Below are positions 27,908-42,333 of a DNA stretch of 64,000 bases, piece after piece; the stretch's first letter is position 1; the number at the start of each line of letters is the position of its first letter. Origin of the DNA: Basidiobolus meristosporus CBS 931.73 (lineage: Eukaryota > Fungi > Basidiobolomycota). A program made the translations under genes and the position numbers. Location: the NCBI GenBank assembly GCA_002104905.1, contig MCFE01000183.1, positions 76,812 to 140,811 of the forward strand. The letters run 5' to 3'. A model generated the notes under the pieces. The model had not been told where the DNA came from. It saw only the letters and a list, made by a program, of their open reading frames with translations, and did no database searches.

Positions 27908-30446
27908 ATGTTCCTCTTCGATTCACTTAGCAAACTTATTTGGAAAAGCCCAGATGGCTCCGATCTAATTACCCTTCCTTCCGGTCAATTCTTTTTACTT
28001 CGACCCGACTCTCATAGAAAGAGCCGAGAGTGCATGTAAAAGCCATTTCTTTGTTGTTCAATTGTCAGTATCAACTTTCTGACTTTTTTAATTCTGTTTA
28101 GCTTTAAAGACAGTCAAGCTGTAATTAGACGAACTGGGACAGAGTACCAGTACCAATTGGTTGTATCTCGAGTATACGAGGAAGGCGAAGAAGAACTTGA
28201 AGAAGACAATCTCAGTAGGCATTTGACTTGATTATTTTTTCGTATGTATAAGCTATATTAAGTGCTTGATTGCTCTACTTTTCTGTAATACCAGATGAGG
28301 AAGAGTATAGTTTTCTTGTAGATCAACATCTGCATTTCTATCACACCGAGTATGAGGGCTCGCCTTCATTTTTATGGTCGGATCTAGAAAATGTAAGCCG
28401 CATTATCGACAATTTTCTCTCAAACAAGTGTGTCCCTGACTAATTTTACTATTTATTCTCCTTTTGCAGGAGGGCCAATATTTCGAGTTCGTTGCCGAAG
28501 AGCGAGTCGATCCAGACAGATTAGAAGCTTTCCAATTGACAGTATTCGAATGTATGTACGAGCGTAAATATAGAAAGCCACACTCTGAAGCCAGCAATGA
28601 AGAGTTGAAGCAATTCATTTACGAGTAAGTAGATGCACGCATCAAATCAACTCCCTCTTCGATAGATTCCCATTAACCATTTTTCATTGATTTCAGTCCT
28701 GAAGTAAGCGAAAAGGCTGAGCCCTCCTCGCCCACTGTTGTGGCTCAAAAGCAACCATCTGCGCCATCCACCCCCGTGCGTCAAGTGAGCCAGGAAAAGT
28801 CTCCTGCCTATATTTCTGCTCCTGACGGAAATAACGTGGCTGTAGTTAAGGGAGAACTATACCTCTTCAGCATCAATCATAACACCTTTCTATTGCAAAC
28901 ATCCGACGCAGTTGCTAATTTGATCGAGGTCAATCAGTATGAATATTGGCTTAGTGTCGAGGGTGATGGCAGGCCATATATTTCACAACCTATTGGCTCT
29001 GATATGAACCCTGTTTTCAGCAATGAGCATCACTCCTTTATTTGGTGTTACACCGACGATAACGGCTATGTTTACTCTTGGTCCTTGAAGTTCACCGATG
29101 CACAAGAAGAACAGATATTCATTGAATCGTTTGGTAGATGCATGTATGAAACGTTAAACCAACAGAATTTCAGCAAAGTTAAAAGCGATGACCAAAAATA
29201 CATCACCGAGGCATACCAAGAGGATGTCGAGATGGCCGATGCCTTTTCCGAGTCTGATGAAGAGAGCAGTAGATCCGAAGACGAGGATGAAGAAGAAGAG
29301 GAGGAGGAAGAAGAGGAAGAAGTGGAAGTGAGATCTACATCTGCAGGCAAAGGCATCGATTCCAATAGCCAGCTTGCTGTTGGATACAAGCATGATCGTT
29401 CTTTTGTCGTTCGTGGAGACAAAATTGGTGTTTTCAAGCACACTGATGACGATCAACTCGAGTTCTCTACCACTATCAACAATGTTTCCACTCCCAATGG
29501 AAAGAAATTTGCTCCATCCAAGGTCATGCTACATGAGGAGGATTCTTCAATGGTTTTGATGGATCCTAAAGAAAACCACTCCCTTTACAAGATGGATTTG
29601 GAGTACGGCAAGGTAGTGGAAGAGTGGCCAGTTCACGAATTTATTCAATGCAGTAACATCATGCCGGACACCAAATTCGCCCAATTAACACCGCAAAAAA
29701 CATTGGTTGGTATGAGCCACAACGCCGTCTACAGAGTGGATCCCCGTTTACCACACTACAAGATGGTTGATTCACAACTTAAACAATACGTGACCAAGAA
29801 CGACTTCAGCTGCGCCACCACCACGGAGAATGGTCAGATTGCCGTTGCAAGTAACAAGGGAGATATTCGCTTGTTCAACAAACTGGGCATCAATGCAAAA
29901 ACCGCATTACCTCCTCTTGGTGACCCCATTATTGGTATTGATGTTACCGCTAGTGGCCGTTTCATTGTAGCCACCTGTAAAACCTATCTGTTGTTGATTG
30001 ACACCATGATCAAATCGGCAAGTACACCTACTTATGGCTTTGAAAAGAGTTTCCCAAAGAACGAAAAGCCAGTCCCTAAACGTCTCCAGTTAAAGCCTGA
30101 ACATGTCGCTTACATGAATGAACCAGTGTCATTTACCCCAGCCAAGTTCAATACTAGCGAGGGAGAGGATGAAAGAACCATCGTAACCAGTACTGGACCA
30201 TACGTCATCACCTGGAACTTCCGTAAGGTGAAGCAAGGCAAACTGGACGACTATCAAATCAAGCGCTACACAGATACCGTTGTTGCCGACAACTTCAAAT
30301 TCGGCGAAGATCGTAACATTGTTGTCGCGCTGCCGAACGATGTTACTATGGTGAACAAGAAAACCCTGAAATCCCCGGTCAAGGTTCTTCAAACCCCAAC
30401 CCGTAAACTCCGGTCCAGGTCGGACATTGTGAATTCGCCGTATTAG
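27908..30446 (+). CDS. VID27: Vacuolar import and degradation protein 27, multi-exon
   Basis: SQLAVGYKHDRSFVVRGDKIGVF, MDLEYGKVVEEW, AKTALPPLGDPIIGIDVT, IVTSTGPYVITWNF, DNFKFGED; N-terminal exons from ATG 27908. Confidence 0.93.
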
Positions 30447-31059
30447 GGGTGGGCTGGGTTGAGCCTGAACGCCATACCACCACCAGAGCTTTTTGATTTT
30501 CCAGATATTGAATTCCTGTGAGCTCGGTTCTGCACATCTTTGTTCCTCCCCCTTACCCCTCCCCCCCCCACGAATCTTTTCTAGCTGTTTATAAAATTGG
30601 AAAATCTCTTCTACATAAAAGCAACTCAATGAAAATATCATGTGCGCAGGTAGTGTCCGGAGGGTTGGGGACGGTCGTGTAAAAGCAGCCGAGCACTAAG
30701 GCCAGGGTCGATGACACGCGATTAATGATCTTGGGCGACCTGGGGCTCTGGCCTTGGATGACCTGCATACAAGGAGACATTGGATTATAGGAAGCTCTCC
30801 ATGATATACTCTGCTTGTAGCATTCTTCGGATGAGTAAGAGGTGGAGCTCACATGTCAGGCAGAGATCAAGGATGCCGGTGTTGTATGGAACACAGCTTT
30901 TATCAACATGTTGTCAGGCATACCAAAATTCCTTGTTGATTGGCTACCATTGCTGCTATGAGCGTTCTAGAGGTGATTCAGTCGGTTGACTGTTGAATCG
31001 AGGCCATTTGGCATTCATTCATCGGTTGTAGCCTTTACAACTGACTAAAATTTGGACCG

Positions 31060-31680
31060 ATGACCAGTAGATTCAACAATGCCACAAGAATTCTATCGCC
31101 AAACGACTGCTGATGAGGGGACTTCACACTTTACGGGGAGATCAAAGGCAAGACTAATAATCACGGGTGTGGCTTGGGTTGGGCTTGGAGCCGAGGCCGC
31201 ACGAGTGATAGCCCAACATGGCACTGGGTCGGTGATTATTGCGGGTAGGCGTGAGTCGGCGCTTCAAGACATCATCAACAAAATCATGGAAGAAACACAC
31301 AGCACCTTGGAAAAGTTGCCGAGTATATTCTGTACGAAGTCCTGCTTCTCGTGCTGCGTGTGGTCGATGCCCAATCACAATATTTCATCCATACTAGCTC
31401 TCGTTGGAACGGATGCCCAATCATTATATTAGACCGTGCCATTATACTAACTGAGTGCTCAACTCCTGCTCGTATCGCAATCGCTTCCAAGACCAAAGGA
31501 CCTCTGATCCTTGAAAAGATTGGCCCTTCTACGAGAACGATGCGTACATCCCGAGTAGACCCCTCTTCGGGGGGATTTATTGGTCATTATACAATGAAGA
31601 GATGGCTTTCTGAGTTGAGTTTGCTAATAGGGTTGCCGTGTCTCTTCCTTTCATATTTCATGTAACTCTTATCGCTACAC
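31060..31680 (+). pseudogene. Degenerate short-chain dehydrogenase/reductase
   Basis: IITGVAWVGLGAEAARVIAQHGTGSVIIAGR Rossmann motif; upstream stop and frameshifted remainder. Confidence 0.7.
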
Positions 31681-32533
31681 ACTGGTTTCAAAATCATTTG
31701 TGATCTGACACTGAAATCGAGTCCAGCCACGTGTCCGTAATCACCAAAGATTCATTCATCCTAGATTTGCAGTTTAATTGGCCCCCAATGGCCATCTAAA
31801 TCGCCAAGTTCCAGTCAAAGTACCTATAAAAACCCGAGAAATGTGGTACATCAGTAGTAGGTCAGGCTGAAGATCCTTTCTCGTTTTAGTTCTGCGAAGA
31901 ACAGCTGGATCAACAATATTGGGTGCACTAGAGAGCGTAAATGATCCTTCTACTACACAAAGGGTGTTCAGGATTTGATGGCCGCCATGAGCGACTGCTC
32001 TAGTCTACGTTGTCACATTCCCTGCCCTGATTAAACTCTTCACTTGCCGATCTACGAATCGGCGTTACAACCACCACATGAATACTACTCCCCGATGTGG
32101 AGGTTTATCCGTAATCACCTACAGTACTCTAATGACTGACATTGTAGACGTAAATAGCCTCAGTTATCTTGATCTATGTGGCAATGCAGGTGATTTTCAT
32201 GTCGAAATCTGGTTCGCATCCAGTTCATCACCTTGTTGAATCGATTTAGGTTGGGTCGATCCTAGCAACAGGGATACATTACTGAGCGCTAAAGCTACAG
32301 AACTGTATACAGAGTTACCATAGCACCCGTTGTGATTCCTGTTCATATTCTAATAGCTTAATTTCCACCATTCAAGGAAATATCAACTGAGCGTAAAGCA
32401 TCCAAGAAGCCTTTCATTTAGCCATTTCTGAAATGTAAGTGATGCTCACCTCTTGGACCGGGAACGGAATAGGACAAACAAGCCTTATAAATACACCAAG
32501 TTCATTGCCTGAAAAGTAATTCTAAGCAAGACA

Positions 32534-33412
32534 ATGTTCTCTAACCTCTTGCAAGCAACTCTTTGTCTACTTGGTCTGGTGACGTTGACCGTCGCTCATA
32601 TGGAGATGGTACAGCCACCACCACGCCGCTCACGGTATAACCCCACATGGACAGGAACTCCGGACTACAACATGGTGAATCCATTAGGCATCTACCCATG
32701 CAAAGGCTATGAACAAGGAGGAGTTATTCAGACCGTGAAGGCTGGTAGCTCCATCCAAGTGAAAATCGGTGGCGGTGCCATCCATGGAGGAGGACATTGC
32801 CAGTTCGCTATTTCGTACGATAAAGGCAAGACCTTTGTCGTACTTGAAACCGTCTATAACAACTGTCTCATTGCAAGCACTCAATATTCCGTGAATATTC
32901 CTAGCACTGCTGGTTCCAGTAAAAACGTAGTCTTTGCCTGGACATGGATCAACAAGATCGGTAATCGCGAATACTACATGAACTGCGCTGATTTGGAGCT
33001 TCAGGGGACTGCCAATGGCTACATCACTGGGCCAAAGCTGTTGGTTGCAAATCTCCCCGGCTATCCTACTATTCCCGAGTTTCCTGGTGATGGGCCAAAT
33101 GATGGCCGAGATTTGCTTGCTGCTCGGCCAATTGTAACCATTCGTCCAGAAAATGATGGCTCTATTCCCACATCCAGTGCATCCCCAACCAAAACTACTA
33201 GCTCAGTCACTAGTCTTCCTACTACAACAGCCGCCCCCACTTCTGCACCAGGAGCTGGCGTTTGTAAAGACATTCCTGCTTGGAGTGCTGGAGTTGGCTA
33301 TAATGGCTCTCAAAAGGTAACTTACAAGGGCCACCTCTGGCAAGCCAGATGGTGGAATCAAAATGAGTCCCCAGATACTAGTAGTGTCTGGACAGATTTG
33401 GGTGCTTGTTGA
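32534..33412 (+). CDS. AA11-like chitin lytic polysaccharide monooxygenase with S/T/P linker and C-terminal CBM5/12 chitin-binding module
   Basis: Signal peptide then His1 (VA-HMEM); AIHGGGHCQ; FAWTWINKIGNREYYMNCAD; C-terminal WSAGVGY..VTYKGHLWQARWW..P..W. Intronless. Confidence 0.9.
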   Translation: MFSNLLQATLCLLGLVTLTVAHMEMVQPPPRRSRYNPTWTGTPDYNMVNPLGIYPCKGYEQGGVIQTVKAGSSIQVKIGGGAIHGGGHCQFAISYDKGKTFVVLETVYNNCLIASTQYSVNIPSTAGSSKNVVFAWTWINKIGNREYYMNCADLELQGTANGYITGPKLLVANLPGYPTIPEFPGDGPNDGRDLLAARPIVTIRPENDGSIPTSSASPTKTTSSVTSLPTTTAAPTSAPGAGVCKDIPAWSAGVGYNGSQKVTYKGHLWQARWWNQNESPDTSSVWTDLGAC

Positions 33413-34294
33413 CTGTGAAGTAATAAAGTTGCTTCAATCTTATATTACGTGTCCCCGATTTGATTTCTAGGCAGCGGGTGCCTACCCTGTCCATCGAGAC
33501 ACAGTTCCATGATAGAGTGCTATATGTCATAGAAATATCAATCCTTCCGCTTGGTAAAATGAGCTATTTGACAAGCAAGACGCCCTGTTCAGCGATAAGA
33601 ATGATCACCATGCATAAGCCAGATTAGAGCTCGATCCGATGTATACGGCTTGTGGCAGTAGATCGTTTCTTCAAGAAGTATCAGTGTAGATTCCTAAATA
33701 TTCTGTCGTACTGGAATATGATTCTGATTCATGTGTGCATTATTTGTTAGTTGAGTTTTTCCTTCTATATGGCCTTGTTCATTTCCATTGCCTATCTGAT
33801 ATCCTTCAGTGGTGTCTGGAATATTCCCGAAGCAGTGTATTAGTAGTAGTTTCACTGTGGTAGGGGTAACAGGCGTGCTTCGTATTTGTAGCTAGCAAAT
33901 ACGAATTTGACAACAGCTGCCCAGAGGGTATTCAGCATGGGTATCACTAGTACAAATCTCGAATTTATTCAATTTGAGGACTGGAGAAGTCTAACATCAT
34001 TTCATAGAACAAGTATCGCCGACATGAAATCCGACATGAAATCCTTGTAGCTATAACTGTTGCGTCCATGCTACTTACAAAGGCTTATGCAATGAGCAAT
34101 GCCGATCCAATTGCCGGCGTTTCCTTGACTTGCATTAGCATCAAGACGGTATGAACAACACTTGCTGATTAGATACTAAATACACCAACAGCTTTGTACC
34201 AAAAGCACCTCGAGCGATACGGTTGAGATCCATAGAATGGGGGTAGTGTACGTGGGCAACATAAACTTTGATAATCGAGATTTATTTCAGAGTG

Positions 34295-34700
34295 CTATGC
34301 CAAATTCTGATGGTATTTAACCCATATGAATGCCAGCAAAGCAGAGCAAAGCGATGGACAGGATATCTTATTGCTCATATTGGCACTGTGGCTGGTGGTG
34401 CCTACTCTTCTCCCGGCATGATGGCCATCATCATCACCATCATCGCTGATATGGCAACCACCGCCATCTTCGAAAATTTCGACAGGCTTGTAATTCGGAT
34501 CGGAGTTTAACAGATTCATAACTAGATAAAAAATTCGGTTGGTTTATGTTCGTAATAGAGTGCAACCAGGTAAACCCATTTTTACCTGGATTTCTATCCT
34601 GACTGGCCTTGATATCGGTAGATGGTATCGCATCAGCCCGTGAGACAATAGTCACACTTGCTAATAGAAGCACAATAAATAAGAGTCTGGTCATAACCAT
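34295..34700 (-). CDS. Possible small secreted protein (spliced; structure unresolved)
   Basis: Signal-like MTRLLFIVLLLASVTIVSRADA; a plausible intron joins it to ORF 34295-34519. Confidence 0.4.
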
Positions 34701-35766
34701 AACATTAGCAGGCGTTTGCCAGTTAAATAGTTAATCTGAGAATTTCTTCACCCATTTGGTTGGCACCCTTTGGTAACGCTATTTCACCACATTCTCTTAC
34801 CCATTAGTCTCACCATTTTACCGCATGCTCTTGACTTGATTTGGTCGAAATCCACCACATGCTCTAAACTGTATATGGCTGAAATCCACCACGTGCGTAT
34901 CTGACTGATTCTTCTCGGAATGTCCCGTTGCCTTGATACGCGTTTGTTCTCATACAAAGTGTTTTACGTAAGCCAACTACAATAAGAACTTCCTATGGGA
35001 ATTGGAGCTGGCAAGCTGGTGGAAATATAGCATGTGGCTGCGCACAGCCCCGGTTCAGCTTCAGAACAATCCACGAAACTCGCATGTCCCAAAGAAGCAC
35101 ATCAAATAGATAAAAATGCAAATCGGGATCAAGAGGGAGCTGTTTCCGAGGGCCAATGCTTGCTCAAAATGCATACAGCGCCTGATCTATCAAAGAAAAG
35201 CTATTTGACAAATAGAAATTGATTGCATTGAAGTTTCCATCTGCCGAGTGTGACCTACCAGGGAAAGCCGGGAGAACATCCCGAGAGTTGATATCTTTAT
35301 GATGGATCCTCTTGCGGTCTTGAGCTTATCCGGAACACCGTTCTTGCTTTTCTGTCCTGGTTGTGATTATGCAAGCAGCTCAGGAGCACACCAATTATCA
35401 TGCCTGACTAGGCCAAATGACTCCAGATAGAACCGGGAAACTGTTATGAAATCGTGCCTGCGACTGTTGAACCGCAACTGAATCTTGCTAAGGTGTTATT
35501 GCTATATGCTGCAGCAGTGTTGTCACGTAGTTTCACGCCTTGCACGCTACGTAGATTGATAACTTCAAGAGGTATAAAGTCGGGTCGAAGGGCAGTCAAG
35601 AATATCTCGTTAGGTATATTGTTTGGATATGTTCCTAAACCTGGTTATCACCCTTTTCTCTTATTTGCTGTGACAGAACTCCCAATATATTCCAGAGTTG
35701 GCTATCTCCAATTTCTCACTTATTTACTGACTCCAATGCTGAATGTTGATTGGTTATTTTCCTTGA

Positions 35767-36813
<1,047 letters not shown>

Positions 36814-36949
36814 ATCACAAAATGTATTTAATAATGTACACTATTTATATGTCAGTGATAATTTTATGTAGTCCTTAGCCTTAGATTTTAGAATAAACAA
36901 ACGTCTTGAGATGTGGGCGCTACTTTGATGCATATTAACAGGTTAAAAG

Positions 36950-37290
36950 TGTTGTAAGAGTTTTGGAGATATTGGAAGTGATTGGGAGAACAAGTAGGTT
37001 ATGTGGCTTTCACTTTATGATTTATCGAATGTAATAGTAGCATCTATATTTGTACATGGTATTGGCAAAAAAACACATCAAATATGTTTGGGAAGGTCCC
37101 AAGAACATGTGTGCAAAGTTGTTTAGGCAACTTACTGAAATTTCATGCTCAGGGTACCTGATGTTTTGGCAAAAATATTCCAAGTAAATCTCAACAAGAA
37201 ATTTGCTCAGAATTCTCTAAGAATTGTAGGTAATAATCTAAGTAACTAAGCTAGGTGAGCAGTTAGGTGCAATTACAAATATTTTCAACA
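36950..37290. repeat. Copia-family LTR (3' end eroded)
   Basis: TGTTGTAAGAG start; colinear with LTR 3494-3902. Confidence 0.8.
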
Positions 37291-37294
37291 AGAT

Positions 37295-39660
37295 GTAAAG
37301 AAGGCAGTCACACACCTACCTTCAAAGTAGTACTCTATGTACCAGAAATAGCTAAGAATCTATTATCTGTAAGCAAGACCACAGCAGAAGGACTCAGCTT
37401 TGGTGTTGACAACTATGAATGCTGGATTACCAATAAAATGGTGCCCATATTGCATTGGGTATCAGAGATCAGAGCCTATGCAAATTGACTCATATTCCAT
37501 CACATCTAGAAGCCAACATAAGTAACTTATATGAAGTAATACATATGCTTTGGCATAGCATGTGGTAATTATTAAGTTGCCACCTAAATATGCATGCCAA
37601 CTTAGTCACATAGATCTTATTCTTTGATTAGCCTTCTGTCCTGACCAAATCTCTTGTTGGGATTTACTTAGAGTATTTTCACCAAATTATCAGGTACCCA
37701 GATTATGATCTTTCTCAGAGTTGTCCAAAAGCCCCCAGACTTTGCACACATATTCTTGGGACCTTTCTTAACAAACTCTACACATTTTTTTGCTCTACTT
37801 TATCAAAAGTATAAATACCATACTTTTGATCAACAAATCTACAAGTTAGTAACATGTAGTCCTCTAGTTCTCCACATCACTTCCAAAACACCTCAGAATA
37901 TTGCAATATTGCAGACTGAGACAAATCAACTTTGAATATTTGCATAAAACAATCAAAAGTCATCTGATTTCTTGAGTAAAAACTGATCCCCCAGTTAATT
38001 TGGGGTACTGTGAAGCCTGCATATATGAGAAATAAGCCTGAAAGCCATTCAAGAGCTTTAGGTCAATCAAAACCCAGAAAAAACTAGGTTTAACTCACTC
38101 AGATCTGTGTGCACCCATGCAAAATCTCTCCTTAGGTGAATTGATGTATTTAAGTACAATTATTGATGATTATACAAGATACACAGAGATCTACATCTGA
38201 TAAAGAATGGAAGAAGCTGCACCTAGGTTCAGGGAGATCAAAGCCATGGTGGAGAGAAGAACTGGTTAGAAATCAGGGAAATACACTCTGGCAATGGTGG
38301 AGGATAGATCTTAAGACTCTTCATCCACTTCTCAAAAGTTCATAGGATAAAGCAAGAGACTGCTGTGCCATACTCCCTGCAGCAAAATGAAGCTTCAAAA
38401 TGTGCAAGCAGATCAACACTATATAGCAAGATCCATGATTCAGGATCAAATAATATCATATTATTTTTGAGCAGAATCAGTTGCTTTTGCTCTATATCTT
38501 AGAAATAAGAGTTACAGCAAAATACTTTGGGATTCCATACCACTTGAGGCATAGGATGAGTACAACTAAGTGCAGAGCACCCAAGAATATTTGGTTACAC
38601 AGCATATGCCAAGCAATTGTCTGGAACTCAGTCAAAATTTGAGCCAAAAATCCAGTTGCCTATTTGTGGGCTACTGCAATGAAGGTATGGCCTATAGACT
38701 CTAAAATATCAAAGCAAAGATGCTGAGCAAGTCTGGGTTGAGCTGTTTGATGTAAGCTTAAAATCATCATACAAAATGGCATTAGATCAGGACAAAAACT
38801 CATCTCAAGACCACCAGTAGTCAGGATTGAATCAGAGCAAAGCAATCAAAATCTTTTACTCCAGAGGACTCTTCATCCATAGTTTAGCCTGAATTAGTGC
38901 CCTGGAATATCTAAAAGAGAACATTCCACTATTACAAGGTAGAAGATCCAACTGTACTAGAAATAGCCCAAATCATTATATCAATAAGGTCACAAACTCA
39001 TCCTATGCCTATTCAGTCATTATTAATGAGCCCTAGTCAGTAAAAGAGGCGCTCATTAGTCCTTAGACAAAGTTTTGGAGATCTGCAATGACTGAGGAAT
39101 ATTAGGCCCCAATGGAAAACCAAACTGAGGAATTGCTCAAATTACCAATCAATCAAAAATTAATTAGAGGCAGATGGGTCTTTACAACAAAATATCAGGT
39201 TGATGGTACAGTTGAAAGATACAAAGCATGCCTTGGGCCAAAGGATACTCTCAGACAGAAGGACTGTACTACTCTGAAACCTTTGCTTTGATAGCCAAGT
39301 TCAATTCAATTAGACAAATATTGGCTATTGCAGGCAAATATAAGTTTGTATTAATCAAATAGATGTAAAGACTGTGATTTTGAGCAGCAAGCTTGATAAG
39401 GACATGTACATGGACTAACCTGTTTGGTTTGCTGACCAGGATAACCCCAATTGGTCTGCAAGCTTAATGTCTCTAAATGGTCTCACGCAATTACCAAGAG
39501 CTTGGAGTTGCAAGACAAACTCCTATCTGGAATCCCTGAGTTTCCAAAGAAGTATGGCTGACTACAGTATCTACTATGAGTCAGATGGAGCAAGTCCAGC
39601 TCTATTAGCTCTATGTGTGTATACTAATACTGTGAGATTTCTTCAACAAGTGGTGGTTGG
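37295..39660 (+). mobile_element. Decayed copia pol remnant (protease end, integrase, RT), interrupted by an LTR
   Basis: LYVPEIAKNLLSVSK matches the element at 2400-2470; integrase and RT fragments (GLTQLPRAW..YLESL); many stops. Confidence 0.88.
37561..37906. repeat. LTR, reverse-complement match to solo LTR 43871-44259
   Basis: Nearly colinear reverse complement of 43910-44259. Confidence 0.8.
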
Positions 39661-39779
39661 ATGATGAAATATAAATTAATGGCAACGATATAATTTCTGT
39701 TGCTTATATGGTTGCATCTTACTCTTTACCTAATTTAAGCACTTAGGTCACAGCTGGCAAACCTTACCGCATTGTACCT

Positions 39780-40060
39780 ATATTCTTTATTGGGATGTAT
39801 TTGGAAGAATTTGCCTGAATATTGGGTACCTAGGATATGGAAATCTCAAGGTTGGCAAATGAGCCAGAGTATTGCACACAAGCTCTTGGGACCTTCACAG
39901 ACATACTATACAAGTTTGTTTTTACCAAGATCATGCAAGGTACATAGACCCCTTTTATATTTTGTATATCACTTAGTGAGAGCCACAAGTTCCACCTAGT
40001 CTCCCAATAACTTTTAGTATCTTCAAAACTCAAGCAGCAATATTCAAGGTATCCAATATA
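39780..40060. repeat. Diverged LTR-like fragment
   Basis: Minus strand contains gaaggtcccaagagcttgtgtgcaa, the conserved LTR interior motif. Confidence 0.45.
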
Positions 40061-40934
40061 GATGAGCTAGAGAATACTGCTCTATACATTTGATTATTGT
40101 TGGTGTTAGCATGACTTAGTGCCTATCTGTGGTGTAGATGCATAACAGATGGGTGTCTATTAAGCTCAATTTCAATAAGCATTTAGAGCATAGCAACATG
40201 ACATTAAGTGATCAGGAAGATCATAATCCATTACTAAAGTGGGTATATTAATCAGAATCTGCATAAGATTGACCAATGGTGCATAAAAGTACATGTAAAG
40301 TAATAGCCTATTTAGCTTCAGACTTGACTATGCAAGATCATAACCCACCCATTATTGCTACACTCACTATTAAACAGTCAGATCCCCAAAAACTCCTGGC
40401 TTACCTGAATAAAATATATTTGTCAATCAACTTTACTTAAAATTGGCTTATCAGCCTTCTTGGCCATCAGAACCTAAGATTTTGGCTTTATTTTGAGATT
40501 TTAAATCAAGTTCTATGCCTAGATTATTTTATTCATAGCAAGGTGAGGTAAGCATTTTTTGGTAATTGTTATGTAGTTAGCAAGCAGCCATAATGATGGT
40601 ACAATTAGCCATTGCCTTGTAAAATGCCTTTGGCTTCGCTGATGTAATATGCTCATTTCCCATTTGTTATTTATCCATGAGTAAACCAAGTGTGGTTAAT
40701 CACCCCATTTATGTTGTACAGCAACTATGTTGTTACAAACAATAACTGGGATGGTAATTTCAGGATCACCACATTAAAATTCGAGGTTGTAGTAAACGCA
40801 ATGGTGTAAACTCGGATGGCTAAGAGTAAATACAGAGATCAGATCCAATCAGCAATTGCACCAATTGGGAAAGGGTGTGCTGGAAACAATATGAATGTAT
40901 ATTGGCAAACAGATTGGATTGTTAACCTTTATGT

Positions 40935-41484
40935 CCTTGCTCAAGCATATCAGCAACACTCCGGCATGGGTTATTAGTGCTGCAAACTACTATGCTAAGG
41001 CACAAGGAAAGACACCTTTCGGTATCTACCAGGCCAATGAAATGCTGTTTATGGAGATTTGAACGTAGAATTATTTCATTAGCTTGCCACTTTGGTATGG
41101 CTCTGGCACCTTACGATGTAATTAGTGGCGGGAATTTCCAAACCAAAGGTGCAACAGATGAGCGTAGAAAGAGAGGATGGTGGCTAACGAGTGTGATCTT
41201 GGCTCAGTAGGGTACGACTTGATGAGGTGGGGGCAGACCATGAAAATGAGTCAGTGACAGCTATTGTACTCGCTTATGTAAGTACCAAAGCAACAAGCGT
41301 ATATTCCGCTGACTCGAGGAAGAAAAGTAGAGCACCTCCACAATAATACTCGAGCGTTAAACTGACAATCGAGTTTTTGGAAAATGTCAAGTCAAAGGAG
41401 TTGGGCTTTCGGAACAACTACTTTGGCGTTGATCCCAGAATCACTGGGCTCACTACAGCGATTTCACCTCTAGCAACTTCTTAA
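40935..41484 (+). pseudogene. Aryl-alcohol dehydrogenase (AAD/NorA-type aldo-keto reductase) C-terminal fragment, frameshifted
   Basis: [60 protein letters not shown]; resembles yeast AAD proteins as I recall them. Confidence 0.85.
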
Positions 41485-42333
41485 GCCAATTGCCCGTGCA
41501 TAGACACTTGAGTCTCATATAAACATACAGTTTTTCATTGCATTCAGGAAATCTTTTCTATAGCTGTTATACTTGACTACAGTTGGTCGAAGGTATATTT
41601 TTTCATTCTGGCACTCCACATATTCATTTCCCACAAGCAGCTGTGTTGTGGAGCAAGGTAAATCCGTATAGAAAAGTATCGGGAGATCAAACGCACCAAC
41701 CAACATACCTCAAGGCTCTTGGGATATCGTTTTCCCATTCTTCTCTCAGGGCAACGCCACGGAGCCATCGAGAGCGCAAATTGGATAAATATTGGCAAGT
41801 ATATATCCGGAGCAATATTGGCAGCAGCAGATCACACAGCAGCATTGATTGAGCCAGGAAATGTCAGCACAAATAACCATACTAAGCTGTGTTATTGGGA
41901 GAGTTGGAAGTTGACGCAGAGCACGGCCCGGGTTACTTCATCTTTATTTGCCAAGACCGTCTGATTAGGAATTCTATTGATAAATCATGCCAAGACCACC
42001 TAGTTGGGAATTCCTTTGATATTCCTCCAGTCGCGTTATGAGAATCGTGGAAAAGTGTTTCGGTTACTTGTCTCCACAATACAAGACAGTCACCATAATT
42101 AAGCAGGTGCAAGGAACACTACTCCTTACCAGCCATCAACGCGACCGTAGAAAAATCCGGAACAGCCTAATAGTTACGTAGTACCCCTGCTAAAGCAATA
42201 TTTCAAATCAAAGTCTCCTATCAGAAGGCTAGATCCCTCCAGTAGATATTGCTCTGCCTCGATGTTAAATAGGCCTTGGTGCTCGCAAAACATCTCTACG
42301 ATAGTCTCAAGCTCACTTTAACGCACAATCACA

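Noticed and set aside
29280-29330. GAA/GAG-rich microsatellite
   Set aside because: Encodes the acidic linker of VID27.
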